DNA of 64,000 nt from Alphaproteobacteria bacterium (GCA_045563015.1 JBJKUQ010000014.1:11433-75432); one strand, 5' to 3'. Shown: positions 45,795 to 56,420, counted from the first letter of the stretch. The notes: a model not told the origin generated them from the letters alone. A program made the numbers and translations.

Positions 45795-46795
45795 TTAAAA
45801 AATATGACATTTTTTTACAAGAAAAAATTTCTCACAACAATATTTTTCTTTTTTATGGTGTAAATCAAGGAAGAATTGACGAATGTGTAAATTATGTAAA
45901 AAAAGATATTAAAGAAAAAGATCCTAATACATATTTTATTTATATCTATTCTGATGATTTAAAAATTAAGAATTTTAAGCAAATCCTAAGTGAAACTAGT
46001 CAAGATGATATTTTTGGAAAAAAATGTTGTATAATTTTTTTACTAACTGAAATCAAACAATTAAATGAAATACAAAAAGCACTTCAAGAAGAAAGTCTAA
46101 AGTTTAATTCTCTAATATTTAAAACTTCTCAATTACCTAAAAAAAATTTATTTAGAACTCTTTTTGAAAAATCGCAGGATAAAATTTGTGTGCCCTGTTA
46201 TGAGGAAACTTTAATGGAAAAAAAAACATTAATCAGAAATTACCTTTTAGACGAACAAATTAAGATTAGTGAGAATCAAATTGAATATTTTTCATCGAAT
46301 TTTTCTAATGATAGGTTAGAAATTATCAATGAATTAAAAAAATTAGTTATATTTTTTAAAGAAAATAGTGACCCAAATCTTGATTCATTAAATGTAATAT
46401 CAGATTCATTTGATAGTGATATGAATAAGTTGACATTTGGCTTAGCTTCCAGAAATTTTGAATCTTTTTGGTCGGAATATTCCAAATTAGTTGGATCGGA
46501 AATTAACGAGATCCGTCTAACAACCTTTTTTTTACAACACTTTGAAAAATTACTAAATGTTCATAATAAAATTTCAGAGGGTTTTTCAACTTTTAATGCA
46601 TTGAAATCTCTGAACCCACCAATCTTTTTTAAACACGAAAAAGAATTCCTTTATCAAATAAATTTATGGAGTAAAAATCAAGTTCTAAGAGTAATTAAAA
46701 ATCTCCACGCTTGCCAAGTCTCTATTCTTAAAGGTAATAATTCATCTAAATCTTTTTTTTTATATCAAATCACAAAGATATTCAATTTTTCTTGA
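45791..46795 (+). CDS. holA: DNA polymerase III delta subunit
   Basis: 334 aa. Size, position after leuS-lptE, and a weak HolA pattern (..IFLFYG..). Confidence 0.7.
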   Translation: MIKKYDIFLQEKISHNNIFLFYGVNQGRIDECVNYVKKDIKEKDPNTYFIYIYSDDLKIKNFKQILSETSQDDIFGKKCCIIFLLTEIKQLNEIQKALQEESLKFNSLIFKTSQLPKKNLFRTLFEKSQDKICVPCYEETLMEKKTLIRNYLLDEQIKISENQIEYFSSNFSNDRLEIINELKKLVIFFKENSDPNLDSLNVISDSFDSDMNKLTFGLASRNFESFWSEYSKLVGSEINEIRLTTFFLQHFEKLLNVHNKISEGFSTFNALKSLNPPIFFKHEKEFLYQINLWSKNQVLRVIKNLHACQVSILKGNNSSKSFFLYQITKIFNFS

Positions 46796-47390
46796 TAATC
46801 TTATTTAAAAAAAACTTGATCCTTTTTTTTATTACGTGCAACTTTTGATTCGTATCAATTTTAATTGATATATATTTTTTAAATAAAGTTACTTGGTGGT
46901 TTTGTGTCATTAATATTTTGAAAAACTTATCCAAAGTCATTCCTTTTCTATTTAAAGCCCTTTTTTTTTGAATTATATCATTAACATGTAAATAGATAAT
47001 ATAATCAAAGTCTTGGTGTAATTTTTTTTCAAACAATAACGGTATATCAAAAAAAATGATCTTTTTTTTTTCATTTGATTCAATAAAATTATTCTTTAAT
47101 TTATTTAAAAAAGGATAAATTAAATTTTCAAGTTTTAGAAGGTCTAAGTTATTTGAAAAGACATAATTGCCTAAATTATTTTTGTTAATTTTAGCTCCAT
47201 CAAGTAAGTTTGGAATTTTTTTTGAAAATAAATCTAATATTTTATTTTTTACAATTTCTTTTTCAAAAAGTTTTGAGACTTCTTTATCAGACTCAAATAC
47301 TTCATATCCCAAATCTTTTAAAATATTTGAGATTGTTGTTTTCCCAGTCGCAATCTTTCCAGTGATTGCAATTTTAATAGTTTTGTTCAC
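46782..47390 (-). CDS. coaE: Dephospho-CoA kinase
   Basis: P-loop IAITGKIATGKTT. The ORF is open to 47438, but that would overlap aroE by 65 nt. The GTG at 47390 gives the usual short N-terminus (MNKTIKIAITG). Confidence 0.85.
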   Translation of the reverse strand: MNKTIKIAITGKIATGKTTISNILKDLGYEVFESDKEVSKLFEKEIVKNKILDLFSKKIPNLLDGAKINKNNLGNYVFSNNLDLLKLENLIYPFLNKLKNNFIESNEKKKIIFFDIPLLFEKKLHQDFDYIIYLHVNDIIQKKRALNRKGMTLDKFFKILMTQNHQVTLFKKYISIKIDTNQKLHVIKKRIKFFLNKIIKKN

Positions 47391-48201
47391 AAATTTCTTT
47401 TGCCTTATTGATATCTGATTTTGAGAGTAAAACATCAAACCACAAGTTGAAAGCGATTGCTGCTTGATTTACAAGCATCCCTAGACCATTTGTGGTCCTG
47501 TATCCTCTGCTTCTAAATTCTTTTAGTAGATTCGTTTCTTTCGGATTATAAATTATGTCACTAAACAAGACATTTTTATTTAAATTTTCAAAATCAAAAT
47601 TAAATTTATCTTCTTTTTTCATTCCTAAAGAACTTGTATTAATTATCAAGTCGATATCATTCTGTGGTGCCATCTTTTCCCATTTTGTGAAAAAGATCTT
47701 AGAGTGCCTCTGTTTAAATTTTTTAATTACATTGATTGCTTTTTCTGAGGTTCTATTTGTTATATGAATATTATTAACCTTGTGATTAATTAGCTCAGAA
47801 ATAATACCAAGACTAGCACCACCAGATCCAATTAAAAAAATATTTTTTTTTTTTAAAGAAAATCCTAAATCTAATTTTATTGCTCTAACAAAACCTTTGC
47901 CATCTGTATTTTCTCCATAAACTTTTCCATTTCTTAAAAACACTGTATTAATAGCGCCACTTTCTAATGCATTTTTCGATACTTCATCAATAAAATGAAA
48001 TATTTTTTTTTTGTAAGGTAGTGTAATATTAATACCTAAAATTTCTTCAGTTTTGATTTTTTCAATAACGTTGTATAATTGGTTCTCTTCAATTTCTTTT
48101 TTGTTATAAACAGCATTTATTTTATATTTTTTTATCCAAAAATTATGAATTATTGGGGATAATGAATGCTTAATTGGTTTGCCTATTACAAATAACTTCA
48201 T
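47374..48201 (-). CDS. aroE: Shikimate dehydrogenase
   Basis: 275 aa. ..GKPIKHSLSP.IHN.., ..NITLPYK.., ..GSGGAS.. NADP motif. Confidence 0.9.
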   Translation of the reverse strand: MKLFVIGKPIKHSLSPIIHNFWIKKYKINAVYNKKEIEENQLYNVIEKIKTEEILGINITLPYKKKIFHFIDEVSKNALESGAINTVFLRNGKVYGENTDGKGFVRAIKLDLGFSLKKKNIFLIGSGGASLGIISELINHKVNNIHITNRTSEKAINVIKKFKQRHSKIFFTKWEKMAPQNDIDLIINTSSLGMKKEDKFNFDFENLNKNVLFSDIIYNPKETNLLKEFRSRGYRTTNGLGMLVNQAAIAFNLWFDVLLSKSDINKAKEICEQNY

Positions 48202-48800
48202 ATAACTTCACTTTTAAATTTTTTCAAAAAACCTTTAAGCGGAAAACCTAATATTGTTTCTAAATCGCCTTCCTTTATATCAATAAAATTATGTCTTTTA
48301 TTTTCTTCAATCTTATAGGATCCAACAGAATTTAAGGCAGTACTTTTGTTTTGATTTAAATAATTTTTTAAAATTTCTTTTTTTTTTTTTTTAAAGAAAA
48401 GTTTAGCGTATTTTAGTTCTTCATAAAAAAAAATATTTTTATTTATTACATGTATTGCGCTATATAAGAAGTGATCTTTTCCTACAAGAAATTTAAGGTT
48501 TTGAAGCGCTTCGTCTAAATTATTCGGTTTACTTAAAATTTTATTTTCACATACAAGAATTTGATCTCCACTAATAATGAGCTTGTTTGTATATTGTGAT
48601 AAAATAGATTCCGCCTTTAACTTTGCTAATTTTTTTACCAATGATATTGGGTCTAAGTTTTTGAATTTCTTTTTTGTTCTTTCTTCATCTACATTATGTT
48701 TTTCAATAATAATATTTTTAAAATATTTACTTAGCATTTTTATTCTAGTTTCACTGGATGAAGCAAGGATAATTTGTGGACTTTTTTCTAAATTTGTCAT
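48198..48800 (-). CDS. maf: Maf-family nucleotide pyrophosphatase
   Basis: 200 aa. ..IILASSSETR.., ..ISGDQIL.., ..GSYKIE... Contains a 15-nt homopolymer (KKKKK). Confidence 0.85.
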   Translation of the reverse strand: MTNLEKSPQIILASSSETRIKMLSKYFKNIIIEKHNVDEERTKKKFKNLDPISLVKKLAKLKAESILSQYTNKLIISGDQILVCENKILSKPNNLDEALQNLKFLVGKDHFLYSAIHVINKNIFFYEELKYAKLFFKKKKKEILKNYLNQNKSTALNSVGSYKIEENKRHNFIDIKEGDLETILGFPLKGFLKKFKSEVI

Positions 48801-49076
48801 ATTTGATAATTCTATTAACTCTTTTCACTTTTTTCTAACAAATAAGTAACAGTCTAATTATGTTGATAAGTAATTAGTAATATTAATCGTTCTTTTTAAC
48901 ATTTTCTTTATAAACAATTTTTTACTAATAAAATCTCTCTTTTTTTGTTTTTATAACATTTTATCAACAGAGTTTTACAATAATTAACTGTTAATATAAT
49001 GTTAAAATTAAATTATTAACTTTCTTAAGCGTACAACAACAACAACAACCTTATATATATATGTTATAGATGTATT
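48801..49076. other. Candidate chromosomal replication origin (oriC) in the maf|hemE divergent spacer
   Basis: Longest spacer in the window (276 bp). The flanks coaE-aroE-maf / hemE-hemH..rho match the conserved alphaproteobacterial origin neighbourhood. Two TTATCAACA 9-mers (1 mismatch to TTATCCACA) sit in inverted orientation at 48861-48869 (-) and 48961-48969 (+). There are also very AT-rich blocks, (CAA)5 at 49034-49048 and a (TA)n run at 49052-49062. Confidence 0.5.
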
Positions 49077-50081
49077 ATGGAAAACTTTATAACAAAGAAA
49101 AAAACACCTATCTGGTTTATGAGACAAGCTGGTCGTTATCTTCCAGAATATAGAAAATTACGAGCTAAAGAGGCCTCTTTCTTAGATATGTGCTTTAATA
49201 GTAAGTTAGCTGCTGAAATTTCTTTACAACCAATACGAAGATTTAATTTAGATTTTGTTATACTTTTTTCTGATATTCTTGTAATCCCACATGCTTTAAA
49301 TCAAAAAGTTGATTTTAAGGAAGGAATAGGACCTGTTTTAGATCCAATAACTTCTATAAAAGAATTAAATTTTAAAAATTTTAATCGTTGTTTAGAAAAA
49401 CTGAGTTCTGTTTTCGAAACAATTCAATTACTAAAAGAAAAAAAAAAGGAAAAAAAACTAATTGGATTTTGTGGAGGTCCTTTTACAGTTTTAACTTATA
49501 TGATTCAAGGTAGAACATCTAAAACGCATTTAAAAATTAAGAGTGATATAAAATCGTCTAGAAAAAAGTTATTAGAAATTTTAGAGGTTTTAATTGAACT
49601 TTCTGTACATTATTTGAATCGTCAAATTAAAGAAGGAGCTGATTTGGTAATGGTTTTTGATTCTTGGGCAGGAATTTTAGATAATGAAGATTATGAAGAT
49701 TTTGTTATCAAACCAAATAAAAAAATTCAAGAATTAGTAAAAAGAGAAAATCCAAAAATACCTATGATTTTCTTTCCAAGAAATTCTGGAGAAAAAATAT
49801 TTGAATTTTTAAAAAATGTCAAATGTGACATATTGTCTATTAGTCAAAATTATCCTTTAAAATTATTAGAATTAGCCAAAAAAAAAAATATAATTTTACA
49901 AGGTAACCTTAATCCAGTTTCTTTATTAAATGGTGGAAAAAATCTAGATAAAGAAATAAAAAAAATAATGGAAGATTTTAAAAATAATAAACATATATTT
50001 AATTTGTCACATGGGGTTTTACCACAAACTCCAATTGAAAATGTTGAAAGAACAATTAAACAAGTAAGAGAGTTCAAATGA
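49077..50081 (+). CDS. hemE: Uroporphyrinogen decarboxylase
   Basis: 334 aa. PIWFMRQAGRYLPEYR signature. Confidence 0.95.
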   Translation: MENFITKKKTPIWFMRQAGRYLPEYRKLRAKEASFLDMCFNSKLAAEISLQPIRRFNLDFVILFSDILVIPHALNQKVDFKEGIGPVLDPITSIKELNFKNFNRCLEKLSSVFETIQLLKEKKKEKKLIGFCGGPFTVLTYMIQGRTSKTHLKIKSDIKSSRKKLLEILEVLIELSVHYLNRQIKEGADLVMVFDSWAGILDNEDYEDFVIKPNKKIQELVKRENPKIPMIFFPRNSGEKIFEFLKNVKCDILSISQNYPLKLLELAKKKNIILQGNLNPVSLLNGGKNLDKEIKKIMEDFKNNKHIFNLSHGVLPQTPIENVERTIKQVREFK

Positions 50082-51088
50082 AACCCAGTGGACATGTATT
50101 TATCCCAAAATCTAAACTAGGGGTTTTAATGATAAATCTTGGAACTCCAGAAAATACAAATTATTTTTCAATGTGGATTTATTTAAGGGAATTTTTAAGT
50201 GATAAAAGAATAATTGAAGTAAGTAGACTCATTTGGTACCCGATTTTGTATTTAATAATATTAGTTTTTAGACCGAAAAAGTCAGGAAAACTCTACGAGA
50301 AAATTTGGGATAAAAAAAAAAAACAATCTCCACTTAAAGTTCATACAGAAAATATTGCAAAGAAGTTAAGCAAAATATTTAAAAACAAAAATACTATAGT
50401 AACTTTTGCAATGAATTATGGTTATCCAAAAATAAAAACAGAGATGGCAAAATTAAAAGCTAAAGGTTGTGAAAAAATATTGATTTTTCCAATGTATCCT
50501 CAATACTCAGCGACAACAGTAGCTTCAGTTACTGACAGAGTTTTTGAGTATTTGAAAATAACAAGATGGCAACCGACAATAAGAATAGTTCCTCCATACT
50601 ATGATGATGAAAATTATATTTTAGCTTTAACGGAAAGTATAAATAAAAAAATAAAAGAAAAAACAGCTATTACTATATTATGTTCTTTTCATGGAATACC
50701 AAAAAAATATTTTTTTAAAGGAGACCCCTATCATTGTCATTGTGCAAAAACAGTAAGACTTTTAAATGAAAAATTTAAAAAAACAAAAATTAATTTTGAC
50801 ATATCTTTTCAATCACGATTTGGACCACAAGAATGGTTAAAACCATATATGAATGAAAAAATGGACGAAATTTTATCCAAAGGCAAAAAAAAGTTAACTA
50901 TAATTGCCCCCGGTTTTTCTGTTGATTGTTTAGAGACCTTAGAAGAAATTAAAATACAAGGTGATGAAGATTTTATTGAAAAAGGCGGGGAAGACTTTAA
51001 TTACATAGAATGTTTAAACGATTCTAAACCGGCAATAAAAATGTATAAAAATATAATTAATAGAGAATTAAAAGGATGGTTAAATTGA
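50078..51088 (+). CDS. hemH: Ferrochelatase
   Basis: 336 aa. ..GVLMINLGTP.., ..FPMYPQYSATT.., ..SFHGIP... Confidence 0.95.
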   Translation: MKPSGHVFIPKSKLGVLMINLGTPENTNYFSMWIYLREFLSDKRIIEVSRLIWYPILYLIILVFRPKKSGKLYEKIWDKKKKQSPLKVHTENIAKKLSKIFKNKNTIVTFAMNYGYPKIKTEMAKLKAKGCEKILIFPMYPQYSATTVASVTDRVFEYLKITRWQPTIRIVPPYYDDENYILALTESINKKIKEKTAITILCSFHGIPKKYFFKGDPYHCHCAKTVRLLNEKFKKTKINFDISFQSRFGPQEWLKPYMNEKMDEILSKGKKKLTIIAPGFSVDCLETLEEIKIQGDEDFIEKGGEDFNYIECLNDSKPAIKMYKNIINRELKGWLN

Positions 51089-51091
51089 GCG

Positions 51092-51520
51092 ATGGATTAT
51101 AATTTTATTAAAGCCTTTCATATAATTTTTTTTACAACCTGGATGGCAGGTCTATTTTATTTACCACGAATTTTTGTTTATCATTCTAATGCTAAAAAGA
51201 ACTCTTCTGAATACAAGGTATTTGTAATAATGGAAAGAAAGCTTTTACTTTATATAATGAATCCTTCAATGATATTGACCTGGATATTAGGACTTTTACT
51301 TATTTTAAATATTCAAGAATACAAAACAAACTGGTTTACTATCAAAGTTCTTTTGGTGTTTTTAATGTCTGTTTTTCACATATATTGTGCCAAAGTAAGA
51401 AAGGATTTTGAAAAAAATAAAAATAAAAAAAGCCATAAATTTTACAGGCTCATAAACGAGATTCCAACAGTGCTATTTTTTCTAATTGTTTTGACAGTAG
51501 TTTTTAAACCATTTAATTGA
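51092..51520 (+). CDS. hemJ: Protoporphyrinogen IX oxidase HemJ
   Basis: 142 aa, 4 TM. KAFHIIFFTTWMAGLFYLPRIFVYH signature. Confidence 0.85.
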   Translation: MDYNFIKAFHIIFFTTWMAGLFYLPRIFVYHSNAKKNSSEYKVFVIMERKLLLYIMNPSMILTWILGLLLILNIQEYKTNWFTIKVLLVFLMSVFHIYCAKVRKDFEKNKNKKSHKFYRLINEIPTVLFFLIVLTVVFKPFN

Positions 51521-51575
51521 CAAATAACACAAGATAACATATAAAAATTATTCAACTTACCCCCCCCAAAAAGTC

Positions 51576-52832
51576 ATGCATTTAAAAGATCTTAAATCAA
51601 AAAACCCCTCAGAACTCTTAAAAATTGCGGAAGAGTTAAAAATTGAGAATGCAGGTACTCTAAGAAAACAGGATATGATTTTTTCTATACTGAAGCAAAT
51701 GGCGTTAAATAACGATGCAATTTTTGGTGAAGGTGTTTTAGAAATATTACAAGATGGTTTTGGTTTTCTTCGTTCTCCAGACGCTAATTATCTACCTGGA
51801 CCTGACGATATTTATGTTTCTCCATCGCAAATTAAACAAAATAGTCTTCGTACAGGGGATACAGTTGAAGGTGAAATGAGGTCTCCAAGAGAATCAGAGA
51901 GATATTTTGCTATTACAAAAATTGAAAAAATTAATTTTGAATCTGTTGAAAAAACAAAGCAAAGAATCAATTTTGATAACTTAACACCTTTATATCCTGA
52001 CGAAAAATTAAAAATGGAAATTGAAAACCCTATGGAAAAGGATATCACCCATAGAGTTATGGACTTAATCGCCCCTTTAGGTAAAGGCCAAAGGGCATTA
52101 ATTGTAGCTCCCCCAAGAACAGGAAAAACAGTCATGCTACAAAATATTGCTCATTCAATTACTTCCAATCACCCTGAAGTTTATTTGATAGTTTTATTGA
52201 TAGATGAAAGGCCAGAGGAAGTGACAGATATGATTCGATCTGTTAAAGGAGAAGTTGTATCATCAACTTTTGATGAGCCTGCTAGTAGACACGTAGCAGT
52301 TTCAGAAATGGTTATTTCAAAAGCAAAGAGACTTGTTGAACACAAAAGAGATGTAGTAATCTTGTTGGACTCTATAACCAGATTAGCTAGAGCATATAAT
52401 ACTCAAATTCCCAGTTCTGGAAAAGTTTTAACTGGTGGGGTTGATGCGAACGCTTTGCAAAGACCAAAAAGATTTTTTGGAGCTGCAAGGAATATTGAAG
52501 AAGGTGGCTCTTTGACAATAATTGGGACAGCATTGGTAGATACAGGTTCAAGAATGGATGAAGTTATATTTGAAGAATTTAAGGGGACAGGTAATTCAGA
52601 AATAATTCTTGATAGAAAGCTATCAGATAAAAGAGTATTTCCATCAATTGATGTTACTAAATCAGGAACCAGAAAAGAAGAATTACTCGTAGCCAAAGAT
52701 GATTTATCAAAAATGTGGATTTTAAGGAAAATACTTATGCCAATGGGAGTAAATGATTCCATGGAATTTCTAATCGAAAAAATTAAACATTCTAAGAATA
52801 ATGGTGATTTTTTTGAATCAATGAAATCTTAA
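51576..52832 (+). CDS. rho: Transcription termination factor Rho
   Basis: 418 aa. GFGFLR RNA-binding motif, Walker A PPRTGKT, ..[10 protein letters not shown]... Confidence 0.97.
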   Translation: MHLKDLKSKNPSELLKIAEELKIENAGTLRKQDMIFSILKQMALNNDAIFGEGVLEILQDGFGFLRSPDANYLPGPDDIYVSPSQIKQNSLRTGDTVEGEMRSPRESERYFAITKIEKINFESVEKTKQRINFDNLTPLYPDEKLKMEIENPMEKDITHRVMDLIAPLGKGQRALIVAPPRTGKTVMLQNIAHSITSNHPEVYLIVLLIDERPEEVTDMIRSVKGEVVSSTFDEPASRHVAVSEMVISKAKRLVEHKRDVVILLDSITRLARAYNTQIPSSGKVLTGGVDANALQRPKRFFGAARNIEEGGSLTIIGTALVDTGSRMDEVIFEEFKGTGNSEIILDRKLSDKRVFPSIDVTKSGTRKEELLVAKDDLSKMWILRKILMPMGVNDSMEFLIEKIKHSKNNGDFFESMKS

Positions 52833-53614
52833 TGAAAATAATAAGTTGGAATGTTAATTCCATAAGAGCTAGAAAAGAACATTTAGTTAAACTTTTAAAG
52901 GACGAAAAACCGGATTTTGTTTGTCTTCAGGAAACAAAGATCTTAAATGAAACTTTTCCAATAGATGAGATTAAAAAGTTAGGCTATCTCTCTTATGTTA
53001 ATGGAATACCTGCTTATAATGGTGTAGCAATTCTCTCTAAATATGAAGCAGAAGAAGTTAATACTCATGATTTTTGTAAAAAAAAAGATTCACGACATAT
53101 AAATATAAAATTTAAAAATTTAAATATTCATTCAATTTATGTTCCTGCAGGAGGGGATACCGCTGATATTTGTTTAAATGAAAAGTTTAAACACAAATTA
53201 GAGTTCTTAAGAGAAATGAGAAGTTATTTTAAGTTTGACAAAAGTGAACTTAATATTTTATGCGGAGATTTAAATGTGGCTCCATATGAGGATGATGTTT
53301 GGTCACACGCACAATTAAAAAATGTAGTTAGTCATACTCAAGAGGAAAGAAAAAGTCTTATTAATATTTTCGAGGCAGGAAATTTTATAGACGGAATCAG
53401 AAAGTTTATTTCCCCACCAAAAAATATTTTTACTTGGTGGAGTTATAGATCAAAGGATTTTAGAGTTAATAATAGGGGAAGAAGGTTAGATCATATATGG
53501 GTTACAGATTCTGAAAAAATTAATTTAAAAGATGCACAAATTTTTGATAACAAAAGAGAACTTAATAAACCATCGGACCATGTTCCAATTAGTCTAGAAT
53601 TTGATTACAGTTAA
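52832..53614 (+). CDS. xthA: Exodeoxyribonuclease III
   Basis: 260 aa. [14 protein letters not shown], ..CLQETK.., ..DLNVAP.., ..SDHVPI... Confidence 0.9.
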   Translation: MKIISWNVNSIRARKEHLVKLLKDEKPDFVCLQETKILNETFPIDEIKKLGYLSYVNGIPAYNGVAILSKYEAEEVNTHDFCKKKDSRHINIKFKNLNIHSIYVPAGGDTADICLNEKFKHKLEFLREMRSYFKFDKSELNILCGDLNVAPYEDDVWSHAQLKNVVSHTQEERKSLINIFEAGNFIDGIRKFISPPKNIFTWWSYRSKDFRVNNRGRRLDHIWVTDSEKINLKDAQIFDNKRELNKPSDHVPISLEFDYS

Positions 53615-53979
53615 GTTACAACTAATCTTCCAATTTGTTTTCCAGATAGCAAGTGAAAATGTAAATGCGGTACTTCCTGACAACCGTTAGTTCCAACATT
53701 TGTAATAATTCTATAACCATTTTCAAGTTTAAGTAGTTTTACGATTTTGTTAATTGACCTTATGACATCTCCTATGGAATTATTTTCAGCATTTTCTGAA
53801 AAATCGTTAAAACTACAATATTTAGACTTAGGAATTATTAAAATGTGAATTGGAGCCTGGGGGTTTATATCTTCAAAAGCATATACAAAATCATTTTCAA
53901 AAACTTTTTTTGATGGAATTTCGTTTCTTAAAATTTTTGCAAAGACATTATTTTCATCATATTTTGTAATATCAATCAT
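53611..53979 (-). CDS. HIT-family nucleotide hydrolase (HinT-like)
   Basis: 122 aa. Histidine triad HLHFHLL. Confidence 0.85.
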   Translation of the reverse strand: MIDITKYDENNVFAKILRNEIPSKKVFENDFVYAFEDINPQAPIHILIIPKSKYCSFNDFSENAENNSIGDVIRSINKIVKLLKLENGYRIITNVGTNGCQEVPHLHFHLLSGKQIGRLVVT

Positions 53980-54275
53980 TTTTTCATACGCTTTTTTAGA
54001 GTTTTTAAAACATCTTCAATATTTAGGTTTGAGTATTCTAGCAGGATTAATAAATGGAAAATTAAGTCTGCTGATTCTTCTAATAATTCTTCTTTTCCCT
54101 CAGAAAGAAAAGCAGAGACAGTTTCAAAAGCTTCTTCTCCGAGTTTATTTGCAATTTTAACTTTCCCCTTTTTTAAAAGACGTGCAACATAAGAATCGTC
54201 TGGAAGGTCTTGACTTCTTTGTTTTATAATCTTAGTTAATTTAAAAAGTATTTCGTCATTCATAGAAAACTTCAT
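53976..54275 (-). CDS. hisE: Phosphoribosyl-ATP pyrophosphatase
   Basis: 99 aa. ..SYVARLL..G...I..K.GEEA.E.., ..[14 protein letters not shown]... Confidence 0.85.
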   Translation of the reverse strand: MKFSMNDEILFKLTKIIKQRSQDLPDDSYVARLLKKGKVKIANKLGEEAFETVSAFLSEGKEELLEESADLIFHLLILLEYSNLNIEDVLKTLKKRMKK

Positions 54276-55036
54276 TTATAATCCATTCTTACATCAATAT
54301 TATTTGAAATTAAATGTTTTTTTACTTCTGTTATAGAAAATTTACCAAAATGAAAAACTGATGCAGCCAATAAAGCAGATGCCTTTCCTTTTTTAACCCC
54401 ATCTACAAAATGACTCAAACTACCTACCCCACCAGAAGCAATAACAGGAATATTCAATGATTCAGATATTTTTTTGGTTAGCTCTAAGTCAAAGCCAGAG
54501 TTAGTTCCGTCTTTGTCCATTGATGTTAATAAAATTTCTCCAGCTCCAAGAGATTCAGCCTTAATTGCCCAATCGATTGCATTCATCTTTGTATCTATTC
54601 TTCCTCCATTAATAAAAACGTTCCATTGACTACCAACTTTTTTTGCATCAATAGCAACAACTATACACTGGTTACCAAACTTACGTGCACCATCTTTTAT
54701 TAATTCTGGATTTCTTATTGCGGAACTATTAATTGATATTTTATCAGCACCAACTGATAAAAACTTTAACATGTCTGATGGATTTTTAATTCCGCCACCA
54801 ACTGTTAGAGGAACAAAACATTGATTTGCAGTTTTTTTTATAATTTCAATCATTGGATTTCTCTTTTCATTGGTAGCTGTTATGTCAAGAAAAGTTATTT
54901 CGTCTGCACCACTTTGACTATATATTTTTGCCTGTTCAACGGGGTCACCAGCATCTTTCAATCCTATAAAATTAACACCTTTAACAACTCGACCTTTATC
55001 AACATCAAGACAAGGAATAATTCTAACTTTTAACAT
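54272..55036 (-). CDS. hisF: Imidazole glycerol phosphate synthase cyclase subunit
   Basis: 254 aa. [14 protein letters not shown], ..ADE..FLDI.., ..GGGI... Confidence 0.95.
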   Translation of the reverse strand: MLKVRIIPCLDVDKGRVVKGVNFIGLKDAGDPVEQAKIYSQSGADEITFLDITATNEKRNPMIEIIKKTANQCFVPLTVGGGIKNPSDMLKFLSVGADKISINSSAIRNPELIKDGARKFGNQCIVVAIDAKKVGSQWNVFINGGRIDTKMNAIDWAIKAESLGAGEILLTSMDKDGTNSGFDLELTKKISESLNIPVIASGGVGSLSHFVDGVKKGKASALLAASVFHFGKFSITEVKKHLISNNIDVRMDYK

Positions 55037-55766
55037 TTTCCTCTAATGTTTTTAAAGCATCGCTAACTGTAAATATTTTTTCATAAATTGCTCTGCCAAC
55101 TATAACTCCATCTAAATTTCTATAGTTTTCACCAGTTTTTTTAAGGTTCTTCAAGTCAGATAAACTTGATACTCCTCCAGAGGCAATTATTTTTAAAGAT
55201 GTAGATTGTAATAATTCTTCAAGTTGATTGTAACTTACACCCTCAAGCATTCCATCTTTATCAATGTCTGTAAATATGATTCTTGAAACCCCATAATCCT
55301 CAAACTTTTTTACAGCTTCAATGACTCCAAGTTTACTAGTTTTGGACCATCCATTTGTAGCAATTAATCCTTTTTTAGAGTCAAGTCCAATAGCAATTTT
55401 ATTTGGAAATTTTTTACATAATTTTTTTATCAACTGAGGGTTTGTTACAGCAATGGTTCCTAGAACAACTCTATCAATCATGTTTTCCAACAGATAATCA
55501 ACGGTTTTTATGTTTCTGATACCTCCTCCAACTTGAATTTTACAAGACGTATTTTCCTTAACTTTTATGAAAGATCTATGGTTTAGGTTTTTTCCTTGAA
55601 AAGCACCATCTATATCAACCATGTGAATCCATTTTGATCCAAAGTTTGCAAATTCTATGGCTTGTTTTATGGGGTCAGGATTATAGAAAGTAATTTTATC
55701 TAACTCACCTTTTGTCAATCTTACACATTTTCCTTCTTTAAGATCAATAGCAGGGTAAAGATCCAT
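55023..55766 (-). CDS. hisA: ProFAR isomerase
   Basis: 247 aa. [15 protein letters not shown], ..VGGGIR.., ..DIDKDGM..G... Confidence 0.95.
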   Translation of the reverse strand: MDLYPAIDLKEGKCVRLTKGELDKITFYNPDPIKQAIEFANFGSKWIHMVDIDGAFQGKNLNHRSFIKVKENTSCKIQVGGGIRNIKTVDYLLENMIDRVVLGTIAVTNPQLIKKLCKKFPNKIAIGLDSKKGLIATNGWSKTSKLGVIEAVKKFEDYGVSRIIFTDIDKDGMLEGVSYNQLEELLQSTSLKIIASGGVSSLSDLKNLKKTGENYRNLDGVIVGRAIYEKIFTVSDALKTLEENVKS

Positions 55767-56419
55767 TAGAATTCCTCGGATTGAATAAATGTTTCTAAAA
55801 ACTTTAAACCAAAGTTATGACTTTTTTCGGGATGAAATTGTGTACCAATTATATTGCCTTTAGCAATCATTGCTGTAATTTCTTGGCCGTAGTGAGTTGT
55901 CATGATCTTATTTTTATTTTCATCAGTTATAAAATTATAACTATGAACAAAATAAGCACTAACATCAGATAACTGAGTTTTTAAGTTTAATTTCTTCAAA
56001 AAAGTTGAATCTTTTTCAATTTTAAGGTTATTCCATCCCATGTGAGGGATTTTAATTATTTGTTTTGTTTTCTTTAATTTTTTTACTTTTCCTGGTATCC
56101 ACCCAAGGCCTTCTAAAACCCCATTTTCATATCCCTTAGAAGCTAGCATTTGCATTCCAACACAGATTCCTAGAAAAGGAACTCCTTCTAATAAAACTCT
56201 ATTTGTGATTGTTTCAAGTAATCTTGAATTAATAAGACCATCTACACAAGATTTGAAGGAACCTACTCCAGGTAAAACTATATGACTAGAATTAATAATT
56301 TCAGTTTTCTTGGAGGTAATAATTACTCGAGATTTTTTTTTTTCAATCACAGAATCGAATGCGTTATAAACAGATCGGATATTACCGCAACCATAATCAA
56401 TAATTGAAATTTGTTTCAT
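55766..56419 (-). CDS. hisH: Imidazole glycerol phosphate synthase glutaminase subunit
   Basis: 217 aa. IIDYGCGNIRS, ..LGICVGMQ.., ..FHPEKS... Confidence 0.95.
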   Translation of the reverse strand: MKQISIIDYGCGNIRSVYNAFDSVIEKKKSRVIITSKKTEIINSSHIVLPGVGSFKSCVDGLINSRLLETITNRVLLEGVPFLGICVGMQMLASKGYENGVLEGLGWIPGKVKKLKKTKQIIKIPHMGWNNLKIEKDSTFLKKLNLKTQLSDVSAYFVHSYNFITDENKNKIMTTHYGQEITAMIAKGNIIGTQFHPEKSHNFGLKFLETFIQSEEF

Positions 56420-56420
56420 A

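Noticed and set aside
48991-49005. CtrA-box match TTAA-N7-TTAA (TTAAtataatgTTAA) in the candidate origin
   Set aside because: TTAA is so frequent in this AT-rich spacer that an 11-bp-spaced pair is expected by chance. I cannot confirm from this window that the organism encodes CtrA.
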